Shown here: positions 49,840-60,053 of the stretch, in pieces
How positions within the stretch are numbered: position 1 is the first letter of the stretch
Layout of the letters: every line of letters begins with the position of its first letter
NCBI GenBank assembly: GCA_019704295.1
Contig: AP024596.1
Coordinates: 1,664,001-1,728,000 of the forward strand
DNA from: Sulfolobales archaeon HS-7
GTDB lineage: Archaea > Thermoproteota > Thermoprotei_A > Sulfolobales > Sulfolobaceae
Reading direction: 5' to 3'
DNA: 64,000 bases
Position numbers and translations under genes: made by a program
The notes under the pieces: generated by a model
Seen by the model: only the letters and a program-made list of their open reading frames with translations
Told to the model about the DNA's origin: nothing
Databases searched by the model: none

Positions 49840-50928
49840 ATGGATTTAGAACCCTCCTATAACGGTAGAAGTTTACTCAATTTGGGTTGCACTCTTGCCC
49901 ATCATCTTTCTGTTGAACTTCAATGTGAGGAACTGCCAATTAACTTGAAAAGAAAAGTAATTCTTTTTCTTATAGACGGATTGGGTATTTCGCAGCTTAA
50001 AGCGGCATCGGCAATAAATGAAAAAGTCCAGACCATAACTTCCGTGTTTCCCTCTACCACAGCAACGGCGCTAACCACACTTTTTACTGCTCAGATGGTC
50101 GGAGACCATAAAGTCCTCGGATATAACGTTTACGTAAAGGAATTAGGGGGAGTAGTAAATACGTTGAAATACACTCACGTCTTGACGAGGGGACATGACG
50201 CCTTTAGACACTTGAGGGATTTCGCATCCCTGTTTAACGTAAAGAGTTTCTTGAAAGTAGCTGAAAAGTCGGGGAAAAAGATAGGTGTAGTAACTCCTGT
50301 CGAGATAGCCGATACTGCTTTTTCTAACGCGATATACGGGGAGCCTGAATATCATAAGTATTCCACGCTATGGGACGCTTTATATAACGTAAGGAAAGGT
50401 ATTGATGCCGATCTTCTGGTTGTTTATATACCATATGTCGATAAGATGTCACACCAATACGGTCCTTACTCCGAACCGGCACTTGCTGCATTAAGGGAGG
50501 TGTTTTTCAACGTCTATCAATTGGCTTCTAGGCTCTCTGACCGAGATGTCATAATAACAGCAGATCACGGTCACGTAGATACCAGTAAAACTATTTTCCT
50601 TGATTTAGATACGGAGCTCTTGTCACGACTCGACATGCCTCCATATGGTGATCCGCGCGCAGTGATGTTCTCTACAAGATATGAATTAACTCCTTACCTA
50701 TACGAAAAATATCCTTATTTAAAACTGATGAGCGATGATGAACTCATCTCATCAGGTCTTATGAAACCTGCAAAGGGTTGGATGCCAGATTACATAGGTA
50801 TTCCTAGTGATAGTTCTGCGTACATTTACAGATATAAGGGGGATGCGGATAAAGTAACACTAATAGGCAATCACGGCGGATTATCGAAAGAGGAGATGGA
50901 AATTCCATTGGTGGTAATAAATGGTTGA
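49840..50928 (+). CDS. Alkaline phosphatase superfamily nucleotide pyrophosphatase/phosphodiesterase
   Basis: IDGLG, FPSTT, DKMSH..GP, TADHG, GNHGG. Confidence 0.88.
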   Translation: MDLEPSYNGRSLLNLGCTLAHHLSVELQCEELPINLKRKVILFLIDGLGISQLKAASAINEKVQTITSVFPSTTATALTTLFTAQMVGDHKVLGYNVYVKELGGVVNTLKYTHVLTRGHDAFRHLRDFASLFNVKSFLKVAEKSGKKIGVVTPVEIADTAFSNAIYGEPEYHKYSTLWDALYNVRKGIDADLLVVYIPYVDKMSHQYGPYSEPALAALREVFFNVYQLASRLSDRDVIITADHGHVDTSKTIFLDLDTELLSRLDMPPYGDPRAVMFSTRYELTPYLYEKYPYLKLMSDDELISSGLMKPAKGWMPDYIGIPSDSSAYIYRYKGDADKVTLIGNHGGLSKEEMEIPLVVING

Positions 50929-51454
50929 ATATTACGTCCCAGAATGGGAAAAGATAGAAGAAGATATAATGAATGCGGCAAAGAAGATGGTAGATGACGG
51001 TTACCTTCCCACAATGGCAATAGCGATATCGACCGGAGGCCTTATCCCCGCGAAAATTTTAGCCGATATAATAGGTATAGAGAAGTTGAAGTTTGTTGAA
51101 GTGAAATTATACAGAGGAATATCTCAAAAGGAAAACAAGCCTACTGTTCACGCTATTTACATCGATAACGTGGAAAAGGAGAAGATAATCGTTGTGGATG
51201 ACGTTTCCGATAGTGGTGAGACGCTGGAGACCACAATCAATGCGATAAGCATGTTCAGACCTACAAAATTAAAGAGTATGACTGTGTATGTCAAGCCGTG
51301 GACTAAGCTCATGCCGGATTATTACGCTGGAATAATAGACAAGTGGATAATTTTCCCCTGGGATAAATGGGAATTTTTAAGAGAAAAACATGACATTCCT
51401 ATAAATTACGAGTTAAGACGTAGATATGAAGAATTACTAAGATCTAAAAAATAA
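50921..51454 (+). CDS. Purine phosphoribosyltransferase
   Basis: IIVVDDVSDSGETL PRPP motif; WIIFPW. Confidence 0.9.
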   Translation: MVEYYVPEWEKIEEDIMNAAKKMVDDGYLPTMAIAISTGGLIPAKILADIIGIEKLKFVEVKLYRGISQKENKPTVHAIYIDNVEKEKIIVVDDVSDSGETLETTINAISMFRPTKLKSMTVYVKPWTKLMPDYYAGIIDKWIIFPWDKWEFLREKHDIPINYELRRRYEELLRSKK

Positions 51455-53123
51455 TAGGTTCCCTATATTCTCCCCACACCTCTCGTAATGTGCTACTTAT
51501 CTCCCCAACAGTTGCACCTACTCTGACAGCTTTAAGAATAGCTGGAAAGAGGTTGGTCTCGGTTTCAGCTAACTTCCTGATCTCATTTAGGGCAGAGTCA
51601 ACCTTGATTTCATCCCTAGAATTCCTCAGAACTTTCAATCTATTTAAAACGTTTTGCCGGGTTTCCAGATTAACTCTAAATATCTCTATGTCCTTTTCCC
51701 ATCCCTCCTCCACGAAGGAGTTAACTCCCACAACTTCTATATCCCCCTCTTCAATTCTCCTTTGAAGTTTGTAGGCACTCTCCGCGATCTTGACTTGAGG
51801 ATATCCAACTTCAATTGCCCTAATCATTCCACCCATTTGCTTTATTTTGTCTAATTCCTTCCATATCTCCTCTTCTATATAATCTGTAAGCCATTCTATG
51901 TAATACGAGCCGCCTAGCGGATCTATAGTATCCGTTGCTCCGCTTTCATGGGCTATAATCTGCTGAACCCTAATTGCAATTTTTGCAGCTTTTTCCGTAG
52001 GAAGTCCAAGGGCTTCGTCGTAAGAATTTACGTGAAGGCTCTGGGTACCTCCTAGAACTGCAGCAAGAGCCTGAAGTGTAGTCCGTATTATGTTTATTTC
52101 AGGTTGCTGAGCCGTTAATTCTGCGCCTCCAGTTTGAGAGTGAAACCTGAGGAGCATCGATTCCCTCTTTTTCGCACCGTACTCCTCTTTCATCAGTCTA
52201 GCCCATACCCTTCTGGCCGCCCTGAACTTAGCTATTTCCTCAAAAATGTCTAGATAGCTTGCAAAGAAAAAGGAAAGTCTTGGCGCGAAATCGTCTATTG
52301 AAAGTCCACGTTCTAACACCCTATTAACGTACTCCATTGCGTCTCCTATTGTAAACGCTACCTCCTGTATTGCAGTGGAACCCGCTTCCCTTATATGGTA
52401 ACCGCTTATACTAATGGGATTCCATTTAGGTAAATTTCTTGCAGAGTATTCTATGAGATCTGCAGCATACCGCATGGAATTTAATGGGGGGTAGACGTAG
52501 TTTTTCCTCGCTATGTACTCCTTTAAAATATCATTCTGGACAGTCCCTTCAATAACTTGAGCTTGGATTCCCCTGTACTCAGCCGTGATCATATACATGG
52601 AAAGTAATTCGATTGCGGTTGCATTAATCGTCATAGAAGTACTAACTTTGTCCATGGGAATTCCGTTCATCACTACGTCCATTTCCTTCCAATTTGACAT
52701 TGAAACGCCAACAACACCCACTTCGGATAGGGCCAATTCGTTATCTGGGTCCAATCCCAGCTGAGTAGGTAAATCGAAAGCAATACTGAGTCCTGTCTGT
52801 CCTGCATTAAGGAGTTGTTTAAATCTTGAGTTTGTTTCCTCTGCGGAACCGTAACCCGCGTATTGCCTTATAGTCCACAATCTACCCCTATACATGGTTG
52901 GATATATCCCTCTTGTAAAAGGGTATTCTCCAGGAAAACCAAGTTTATTTAAATAGTCTTCACTTACGTCCAGAGGAGAGTAAAGTCGGTTAATCTCTAT
53001 CCCAGATCTAGTTAGAAATTTACCCTTCCTCTCCCCCCTTTTTTTAATGAAACTGCTTAGAACTTCCTGCTCCCATTCCTTATATTTCTCCTCTATATCC
53101 ATGAGATTAAGTCGTATTACCAA
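51444..53123 (-). CDS. Methylmalonyl-CoA mutase large subunit
   Basis: PGEYPFTRG, WTIRQYAG, SISGYHIREAG, GGTQSLHVN. Confidence 0.93.
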   Translation of the reverse strand: MVIRLNLMDIEEKYKEWEQEVLSSFIKKRGERKGKFLTRSGIEINRLYSPLDVSEDYLNKLGFPGEYPFTRGIYPTMYRGRLWTIRQYAGYGSAEETNSRFKQLLNAGQTGLSIAFDLPTQLGLDPDNELALSEVGVVGVSMSNWKEMDVVMNGIPMDKVSTSMTINATAIELLSMYMITAEYRGIQAQVIEGTVQNDILKEYIARKNYVYPPLNSMRYAADLIEYSARNLPKWNPISISGYHIREAGSTAIQEVAFTIGDAMEYVNRVLERGLSIDDFAPRLSFFFASYLDIFEEIAKFRAARRVWARLMKEEYGAKKRESMLLRFHSQTGGAELTAQQPEINIIRTTLQALAAVLGGTQSLHVNSYDEALGLPTEKAAKIAIRVQQIIAHESGATDTIDPLGGSYYIEWLTDYIEEEIWKELDKIKQMGGMIRAIEVGYPQVKIAESAYKLQRRIEEGDIEVVGVNSFVEEGWEKDIEIFRVNLETRQNVLNRLKVLRNSRDEIKVDSALNEIRKLAETETNLFPAILKAVRVGATVGEISSTLREVWGEYREPIIF

Positions 53124-53295
53124 ATATTATGTATTCTCCAGACCCAATTTCCTCTGAGCAGGACGTGAATACCATTTCCTACACTTTAGAGATAATTTCA
53201 GTTATTTTCGATTACTTTCTGGGACCGAATAGCAAAAAATAGAAGGCCGTAATTCGTCACCAATCAGGTTACTTAACACTAGTGAGTTTTCTGAT

Positions 53296-53850
53296 TCATC
53301 TTGTACAAACTTTTATGAAGTTTTCAAAGACGAGTTGACCCATTTGAGTATGCTTTACCTCAGGGTGAAATTGGACTCCGAATATTGAATCCTTATTGTT
53401 AGCTACCGCCTGTATAGTACTTTCCTGGCTTATTGCCAGCACCTTAAAATCAGGAGGGGGCTGATAAACCTCATCGGTGTGACTCTCCCAAACGTTAACA
53501 ATATGAGGAAAACCCGTAAGTATTGTGTCGTTATCAATAATCTTGACCTCTGTCATACCGTATTCTGGATTTACAGCACGTCGTACTCCCCCTCCAAAAG
53601 CGTAGTTTATGATTTGATGACCTAAGCAAATTCCTAAAATTGGTCCGTCGAAACTCCTCACCAGCCTCACAGCATGTTCAATTCCTCCATCCACGATGGA
53701 TTGCGGTCCGCCGCTAATCACAATACCGTCCAAACCACTTACCTCCTCTTCGGAAGTTGTTAATATCTTAACCTGAACTCCCATATACTTTAACACTTTT
53801 GTGATGAGGTGGTTATACTGCCCGCCGAAATACATGACGCCTATATTCAA
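53296..53850 (-). CDS. guaAA: GMP synthase glutamine amidotransferase subunit
   Basis: GGQYNHLI, GICLGHQ, QFHPEV. Confidence 0.92.
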   Translation of the reverse strand: MNIGVMYFGGQYNHLITKVLKYMGVQVKILTTSEEEVSGLDGIVISGGPQSIVDGGIEHAVRLVRSFDGPILGICLGHQIINYAFGGGVRRAVNPEYGMTEVKIIDNDTILTGFPHIVNVWESHTDEVYQPPPDFKVLAISQESTIQAVANNKDSIFGVQFHPEVKHTQMGQLVFENFIKVCTR

Positions 53851-53897
53851 ACTCTATCCACAATAAATTAATTCATGAGAAATCAATTTAAGAATTA

Positions 53898-55022
53898 ATG
53901 AAAGTCGGAGTTATAGGTTCTGGAACAATGGGACACGGAATTGCGGAAGTTGTCGCCATCAAAAAACACTCCGTCGTACTGATTGATGTAGATTGGAAAT
54001 TCCTAAATAATGCAAAAGAAAAAATATATAATTCCTTAACTAAGTTAGCTCAAAAAGGAGAAATAAAAGATACTCCTGAGGAAGTGATGGAGAGAATAAA
54101 ACTCACGCTAGATTATAAGGAATTAGCCGACGCTGAGTTGATAATCGAAGCTGTCCCAGAAAAGATTGAAATTAAGTCCGATGTATTTAAAAAGGTAGAT
54201 AGTATAATCAATAACGATACCATTCTAGCCTCAAATACAAGTTCGATCCCCATTTCATCGATTGCAGAATTCACTAGCAGAAAGGAAAATGTAATAGGAT
54301 TACACTTCTTTAATCCTCCGCCCCTGATGAAATTAGTAGAGGTGGTACCAAGCAAATTCACCTCAGAGGAGGTTGTGAGGAGAAGCGTTAATATAGTTTC
54401 GGAATTGGGAAAAGTTCCAGTGAAACTGAGAATCGAGGTGCCTGGCTTTGTGAGCAATAGAATATTCTTACGGCTTTTGCAAGAGGGATGTAGAGAAGTA
54501 GAGAACGGTGAGATGAGGGTGGAGGAGTTAGATTCCATGCTAAGACATAAAGTGAAATTACCTATGGGTATATTCGAACTTGCCGATTATACAGGAATCG
54601 ATGTTATAGTTGACATCTGGAACGTGATAGTCTCAGGTGGAGCAGACGATGTACCTTGTTCGTTATATAGGGAAAAGATAGCAAGGGGAGAACTCGGAGT
54701 TAAATCAGGGAAGGGGTTCTACGTCTATCCCGCACCTGGGAAATTCGTTAAACCAGAACTAGTTCCTACGTCTAAAGGGGAACCGGCTAGATTTATATCC
54801 CTCGCGGTGAATGAGGCTGCTTGGCTAGTGGCTAATTATATTGTAAGCAAGGATGACATAGATACAGTTATGAAGCTGGGATTTAACTTCCCTAAAGGGC
54901 TGTTTGAGATGGGTAATGAATTCGGATTTAAGTCAATTATAGACAATTTAGTTGATATCTATACAAGAGGATATAGTGCCTATAAACCTAATGAGTATCT
55001 TTATAATCTTGTTAAGGACTAA
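53898..55022 (+). CDS. 3-hydroxyacyl-CoA dehydrogenase
   Basis: GSGTMG, EAVPE, SNTSS, GLHFFNP, GFVSNR. Confidence 0.92.
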   Translation: MKVGVIGSGTMGHGIAEVVAIKKHSVVLIDVDWKFLNNAKEKIYNSLTKLAQKGEIKDTPEEVMERIKLTLDYKELADAELIIEAVPEKIEIKSDVFKKVDSIINNDTILASNTSSIPISSIAEFTSRKENVIGLHFFNPPPLMKLVEVVPSKFTSEEVVRRSVNIVSELGKVPVKLRIEVPGFVSNRIFLRLLQEGCREVENGEMRVEELDSMLRHKVKLPMGIFELADYTGIDVIVDIWNVIVSGGADDVPCSLYREKIARGELGVKSGKGFYVYPAPGKFVKPELVPTSKGEPARFISLAVNEAAWLVANYIVSKDDIDTVMKLGFNFPKGLFEMGNEFGFKSIIDNLVDIYTRGYSAYKPNEYLYNLVKD

Positions 55023-55148
55023 ACTCGTAGCCGAATAGTATAAAGATGGGCTTACAAGTAGCAAACATTACTTAAGTATCTAGCAGCTAAAACTTTTCGG
55101 TTTATCAGAACTTTTTGGCAACTACAAAAATTTAAACTACGTTAAGTA

Positions 55149-55769
55149 TTGACGTACAGGTTGATTAAATATTTCAAGCATTCTATGGTGGTTATCGATA
55201 ATGAGATAGTTATTGACCCTCACGACGGAGTAAGCATAGGTTATGAGAGGCCAGAGATAGAGAAAGTGAACTTAGTTCTCATAACTCATGATCATTACGA
55301 TCACAACGCGTATGAGAGATTAAGTTATGATAAGCTATTCCAAAGTTTTGTAGGTCTTACCGAGTGTAACGGTTGGAAGATACTTGGAGTTCAGGCGTTC
55401 CACGATAAAGTTAGGGGTAAAAAGAGGGGGAAGACGTCGATGTACGTTCTTGAGAAAAAAGGAATAAAGTATACCCACTTAGGAGATTTGGGTCATCCAC
55501 TTGATAGTTCTGCTTTTGAATATATTAAAAATACGAAAGTAATGTTTATTCCATCGGGAGGCGTCACAACTATATCATGGGACGAGGCCATCAATATTAT
55601 CAGAAGGGTAAAACCGGATATAGTGGTACCGATTCATTATTGGTCTCCCGGATGCTTGTTACCACTAGATCCATTGCCTTCGAATCTTCATGTGGAAGGA
55701 TACGAGATAAACAAGCTTAATACCTTCATCGATGAAAGCGAAAAAGTGAAAAAAATTGTTATAATTTAA
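55149..55769 (+). CDS. Metallo-beta-lactamase fold hydrolase
   Basis: THDHYDH, HLGD, PIHY. Confidence 0.88.
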   Translation: MTYRLIKYFKHSMVVIDNEIVIDPHDGVSIGYERPEIEKVNLVLITHDHYDHNAYERLSYDKLFQSFVGLTECNGWKILGVQAFHDKVRGKKRGKTSMYVLEKKGIKYTHLGDLGHPLDSSAFEYIKNTKVMFIPSGGVTTISWDEAINIIRRVKPDIVVPIHYWSPGCLLPLDPLPSNLHVEGYEINKLNTFIDESEKVKKIVII

Positions 55770-55935
55770 TCTTCTCCACCTTAGCTACAGGAACTATTTC
55801 ATGAGAAATCTCTTCCATAACTAGCTTTTCAATAGCTTTTCTTATTACCTCGCTCCTATTATACCCGTGTTTGGTTGCGTACCTATCTAATAACTCAAAT
55901 ACCTCCTCATCCAACTTAAAGGTTACGACTCTCAT
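55759..55935 (-). CDS. aCcr1: 58-aa ribbon-helix-helix cell-cycle regulator aCcr1
   Basis: Not in ORF track. [39 protein letters not shown]...[11 protein letters not shown]; R2, K7 and R27 present. Confidence 0.8.
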   Translation of the reverse strand: MRVVTFKLDEEVFELLDRYATKHGYNRSEVIRKAIEKLVMEEISHEIVPVAKVEKIKL

Positions 55936-56079
55936 ACTTTCTCAGTATTATACTTGTATGCTTAATACATTAAGCGTATTTATCTCGATAATACCGTATT
56001 CCTCTTCTAGTACTCAGACTATAATAAAAAGACTAATATAGGAGTTAAGCGAAAGTATAATTAAGCTAGATGAGGACTA

Positions 56080-56367
56080 ATGCCGACGATACACCTATCG
56101 ATCCCTGATACTCTTTATGAAAAGCTTAGACAGAAGTCTGACGAAATGGGTATACAAATAACCGACCTGGTAAAACTTTACATAAATAACGGCCTAAAAG
56201 AGGACTCAATCAAGGGCAATAATAGGGAAGCAGATGAAATTTTGCTGTATATTGAAGCTAAATTATCCAAATTGGATGCAGTAGTTCTAGATCTAACCAG
56301 AAGAGTTAGGCAGCTTGAGGAAGAGGAATTAAAGGACGTTGAAACAGAAATAATTAAAAACGATTAG
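56080..56367 (+). CDS. RHH/CopG-like protein with C-terminal coiled coil
   Basis: MPTIHLSIPD.LYE.L...GIQITDLVK. Confidence 0.75.
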   Translation: MPTIHLSIPDTLYEKLRQKSDEMGIQITDLVKLYINNGLKEDSIKGNNREADEILLYIEAKLSKLDAVVLDLTRRVRQLEEEELKDVETEIIKND

Positions 56368-56443
56368 TGTAACAAATGTAAAAGGGGCCCATGTGAAACT
56401 TCCTCGTTACCGAGGTAGCATGTACATGGGAGGGTCTACCCCC

Positions 56444-56492
56444 ATGATGTGACAGGGACGTTCTGAGAAAATGATGTTAACTAAAAAACTGA
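56444..56492 (+). ncRNA. C/D box sRNA
   Basis: ATGATGT - GACAGGGACGTT - CTGA - ATGATGT - TAACTAAAAAA - CTGA. Confidence 0.8.
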
Positions 56493-56493
56493 A

Positions 56494-56730
56494 TCACATC
56501 GCAATTAAAGTAACTGTTTTAAGAATAGAACTATTCTTTCTTATCTTCATCATAAGCTGATTTAACTTATTTAAATCCTCAACCTCAACCTCAGCAACAA
56601 CATCGTACTCGCCATAAACCGCATTTACCGCCTTTATTTCAGAGAACTGCTTTATATATGAGACGACGTCAGTCTCCTTTCCAATAGATGTAACAACAAG
56701 AATATATGCTTTTATATTTCCTTTCTCCAT
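56494..56730 (-). CDS. Stand-alone Lrp/AsnC ligand-binding (RAM) domain protein
   Basis: KAYILV...VYGEYDVVAEVE...TVTLI. Confidence 0.88.
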   Translation of the reverse strand: MEKGNIKAYILVVTSIGKETDVVSYIKQFSEIKAVNAVYGEYDVVAEVEVEDLNKLNQLMMKIRKNSSILKTVTLIAM

Positions 56731-56807
56731 GGCAATTAATAATTAAAGTTCAGATATAAATAGCTAATTATTAGTCAGAAATTTTCCATTTTTGGAGATT
56801 TTTATCC

Positions 56808-57980
56808 TTACCTCAGAAGGACTCTCTCTGGGTCGAATTTCCTTGACGCAAAATATATTATCAAGGCAGACGCAACAGCAGTTGCGACAAGATATAGAAT
56901 GGCGTTTTGCCATAGCCCGGTAGCAAAGGACTGTATTCCGCCAGCAATCTGCACATAGGGTATAACGAGTATTAACGAACTAGGAAAACTCAGATTGGTC
57001 AAATTTAATAACATACCTGCAAACGACGCAAGCATACCTAGAAATAGTATTAGTGTTGATATAAGCTGAACATTTCTCACTGACCCACCAATAGCTATAA
57101 GCACAATTAAACTCAAAGAAGCACTAAGAAATACTGTAACTAGTAATGAGATAAAAACGTATGATAGAAACGATATAGAAAAAGCAAACGATTGGCCTGT
57201 TATATACGGCACGGCTATTGAAAATAGAACGAGTCCTAAGACTTCAGCGAAGGATGAAAGTATTCCCATAATACCACTAGCGATTGACTTACCTATTAAA
57301 AGGTCGAACGTTCTGGAAGGTGTAGCTAAAAGGGACTCTAAGGTTCTTCTCTCCCTCTCTCCTGCAAAAGAGTCAACAACAAACAAAACTACGGGTGTAA
57401 CACTCGGAAACATTACGAAGGATATAATTCTGGATAGTTGAGCTAGCTCCTCATTCTTACTTGAGACGCTAACCCCAGTGGGAGAGACGTAACCCTCTAC
57501 TACGAGTAAAGGATACCTGATCTTTGCAGGAGGTATAGTAGTATTATGTTCCAACTCTAAAATTCTCTGGTAAGATATGTTTACATCTAGTTTATACAAA
57601 GCGTTGTTGGCTATGTCGGAAGCAGAGGAGGATGAAGAAATCAGTGTATATTCGTAAACGTACACACTCCTATTAAGGACCGATGCGTTAATATAAAAGT
57701 TATCAGGAATTACCAACTTTACCGCAGGTTCTTCTGTATAGTTATTAATGTATACTACTGCACCTTGACTTTTCATTGAACTAGCAAGGAAGTTAACATA
57801 CATGTTGTTAAGGGGGTTCTCATTTACGATTAGAATGACAGGTTGATGATAAATCTGAGACGCAACTATTATTCCTCCAATTAATGGAAGTAAAATAAGA
57901 GGCAGAATTATTGAACCCAATATTAACCGCTTATCTCTTCGCAAATCGAGAAGTTCTCTAGACGTAATTACTCGAATCAT
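56808..57980 (-). CDS. ABC-2 permease (NatB-like)
   Basis: AGERERRTLESLLATP...GK. Confidence 0.88.
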   Translation of the reverse strand: MIRVITSRELLDLRRDKRLILGSIILPLILLPLIGGIIVASQIYHQPVILIVNENPLNNMYVNFLASSMKSQGAVVYINNYTEEPAVKLVIPDNFYINASVLNRSVYVYEYTLISSSSSASDIANNALYKLDVNISYQRILELEHNTTIPPAKIRYPLLVVEGYVSPTGVSVSSKNEELAQLSRIISFVMFPSVTPVVLFVVDSFAGERERRTLESLLATPSRTFDLLIGKSIASGIMGILSSFAEVLGLVLFSIAVPYITGQSFAFSISFLSYVFISLLVTVFLSASLSLIVLIAIGGSVRNVQLISTLILFLGMLASFAGMLLNLTNLSFPSSLILVIPYVQIAGGIQSFATGLWQNAILYLVATAVASALIIYFASRKFDPERVLLR

Positions 57981-58729
57981 AACTCTGCCCCCACAGCCTT
58001 TATGAATGCTTCCTCTAAATCACCTGCTGAGAATAATTCCCTTATCTCCTTAGGACTGCCTTGAGCGACAACTCTCCCTTGGTTTATCATAACTATGAAG
58101 TCGCACAACAGCTCTATTTCTAACATATCGTGGGAGGAAAAAAGTATAGTTGATTCCCCTTTTTTACCGATGTCTTTGATCATTTTCCTAATCTTAACAG
58201 CAGATTCGACGTCGAGACCAGAGAGCGGTTCGTCTAAAAGGGCTATAGGAGAATTTGTCATCAGAGTCCTCGCTATCAGAAGTCTCCTTCTCATACCCCT
58301 ACTATAAGTGGACGTCATCTCGTAAATCTTATTCCCTAAATTAGCGATCTTAATACCTCTTTCAAGCATATCCTCAATCTCTTTCTTCTCCCCCTTACTA
58401 TATATCCGGGCGTAGAACTCCAGATTCTCAATTCCAGTTAGCCTCTCATAAGGCGATGCATCCTCTGGTAAATATGATATATATCCTCGGTTTCTCGCTT
58501 CATTAGGGGCAAGTCCGTTTACCTTTACCTCCCCCTCAAACTTGGTAATTATTCCAGAGATTATTCTTATTAATGTAGTTTTCCCGGCTCCATTAGGACC
58601 AACTAAACCAAATACCATGTTTTTATCCAGTTTGAATGAGATTCCGCTAAGTGCCTGCTTTTTTCCAAAGGACTTCCTGACATTGATAACATCAATCGGA
58701 GACACAGTCGCAGTCATACCTATTAACAT
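57977..58729 (-). CDS. ABC exporter ATPase (NatA-like)
   Basis: GPNGAGKT, YSRGM, LLDEP, SSH. Confidence 0.92.
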   Translation of the reverse strand: MLIGMTATVSPIDVINVRKSFGKKQALSGISFKLDKNMVFGLVGPNGAGKTTLIRIISGIITKFEGEVKVNGLAPNEARNRGYISYLPEDASPYERLTGIENLEFYARIYSKGEKKEIEDMLERGIKIANLGNKIYEMTSTYSRGMRRRLLIARTLMTNSPIALLDEPLSGLDVESAVKIRKMIKDIGKKGESTILFSSHDMLEIELLCDFIVMINQGRVVAQGSPKEIRELFSAGDLEEAFIKAVGAEL

Positions 58730-58770
58730 TATAATCTGTTAATTTAATCCCTTTTGCAAAAGATAAACTA

Positions 58771-59406
58771 TTGATAGGAGACGTAAGAGATAGAGTTATA
58801 GAGGCTATATTACGATATGGTGATAAATGTAGACTTATCTTGGAGGTAGCTTTAGAACTATCGGAAAGAAATAATGAACTAGGTGATTTCAGCTCAAAGG
58901 AACTCATAGATGAACTTGCAAAGAGAGGCTATGAGATAAATCCGAGCCTAATTTTAAGAAATTTAGAAAAGGAATTTGGAATTATTACGACGACTTACAG
59001 AACATCAAATCAGCACTGGTGGAAATTTATAGATGCAGAAAAGGTGAGAGAAGTTATACAAGACAAAGAAGAAGATCCAGAAGTAGCCTTAATAAGAACA
59101 CAAGTCGCTAGTTTGGACCTTCAGACGATTGAGGGAAAACTAGATTTCATGTTGAGGAAGGAGAGACTTACTGATGTAGATAAGATGAAGTTTAGAGAGA
59201 TAGCGTTTAATGTTCTCCCCCTTATCGTAGATGTCTATAAGAAAACTCTTGAAAGAGAAGAAACATATGAAATAGCAAGCAAACTAAAGAAAATTATACT
59301 AATGGCGGAACAGGTATCGAAAAAAATGGAAAAGGAGAGTACTAAAGAATTTAGAAAGAATACTGCCTACACCCTAAGACAAGAGGCAGTTGAAAGGGAA
59401 CCATAA
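58771..59406 (+). CDS. Hypothetical protein with possible N-terminal winged helix
   Basis: 211-aa ORF; LGDFS...NPSLILRNLEKEFGII..TY..SNQHWW. Confidence 0.6.
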   Translation: MIGDVRDRVIEAILRYGDKCRLILEVALELSERNNELGDFSSKELIDELAKRGYEINPSLILRNLEKEFGIITTTYRTSNQHWWKFIDAEKVREVIQDKEEDPEVALIRTQVASLDLQTIEGKLDFMLRKERLTDVDKMKFREIAFNVLPLIVDVYKKTLEREETYEIASKLKKIILMAEQVSKKMEKESTKEFRKNTAYTLRQEAVEREP

Positions 59407-60003
59407 TCACTTAAAGAAAGTAGGGAAAAAGTATATTTTTGTCGTAATTTTAACAATGTTTTTGTTCACTATTTATATTAACAGTAAATTCCTGAGTTTT
59501 GTGTAAGAAACGTTTACAGTCATTAGAGTGGTCGCGCTAGAGTCGAAAAGGACTAGTTAACTTTGTCCTTAGAGTTCCTGTTCATTAGTCGTTTTACTCT
59601 CTTTACATCATTGTAAACTAGGCTGCCTTTCAGGACAGGGTTTTATGGCCTCCTCGTTACAAATAGCGTTAGGGCTTCTTGGTTACAAAGGGTATAGTCC
59701 CACTTAATCCTCGTATGTATTCAATGGAGGATGATTGAAGGACATACGTACAAATAGACCTTTACTGGGATGTCTCGGTGATTGCGTAAGTGGCCATTAT
59801 TAATAGTTCTGCAAAGGTCATAAGTATGAGGAGACTATTCATACCTACGAGTCTTTCTCCCATTGTTGTGAAATGAATTTGAAACGTTACCTGAATTGCA
59901 CATAAAAGGTCTTCAATTACTTTCTGACAAATATTATTGGAAATACTGTGGAGTAACCTTGAATTCTGAGAGACATAGTTTTTTGCTTTCAAAATTAAAA
60001 ATG

Positions 60004-60053
60004 TCAGTCCGAGAGCTCCTCATCACGCATCAGCCGGTTTGCTTACTCTTCAT
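60004..60053 (-). ncRNA. C/D box sRNA overlapping the stop codon of the RimK-family gene
   Basis: ATGAAGA - GTAAGCAAACCGG - CTGA - GTGATGA - GGAGCTCTCGGA - CTGA. Confidence 0.85.

Noticed and set aside
53239-53290. Partial C/D sRNA (CTGA-ttg-GTGACGA on minus strand)
   Set aside because: Terminal C and D boxes are missing at the expected spacing
56384-56446. Hammerhead or HDV-like ribozyme
   Set aside because: GAAAC and TCCTCG are present, but there is no CUGANGA core or UH cleavage site, and P3/L3 and P1' do not fall in HDV order on either strand
59762-59992. 76-aa ORF in intergenic gap
   Set aside because: No motif; TTG start with no clear promoter
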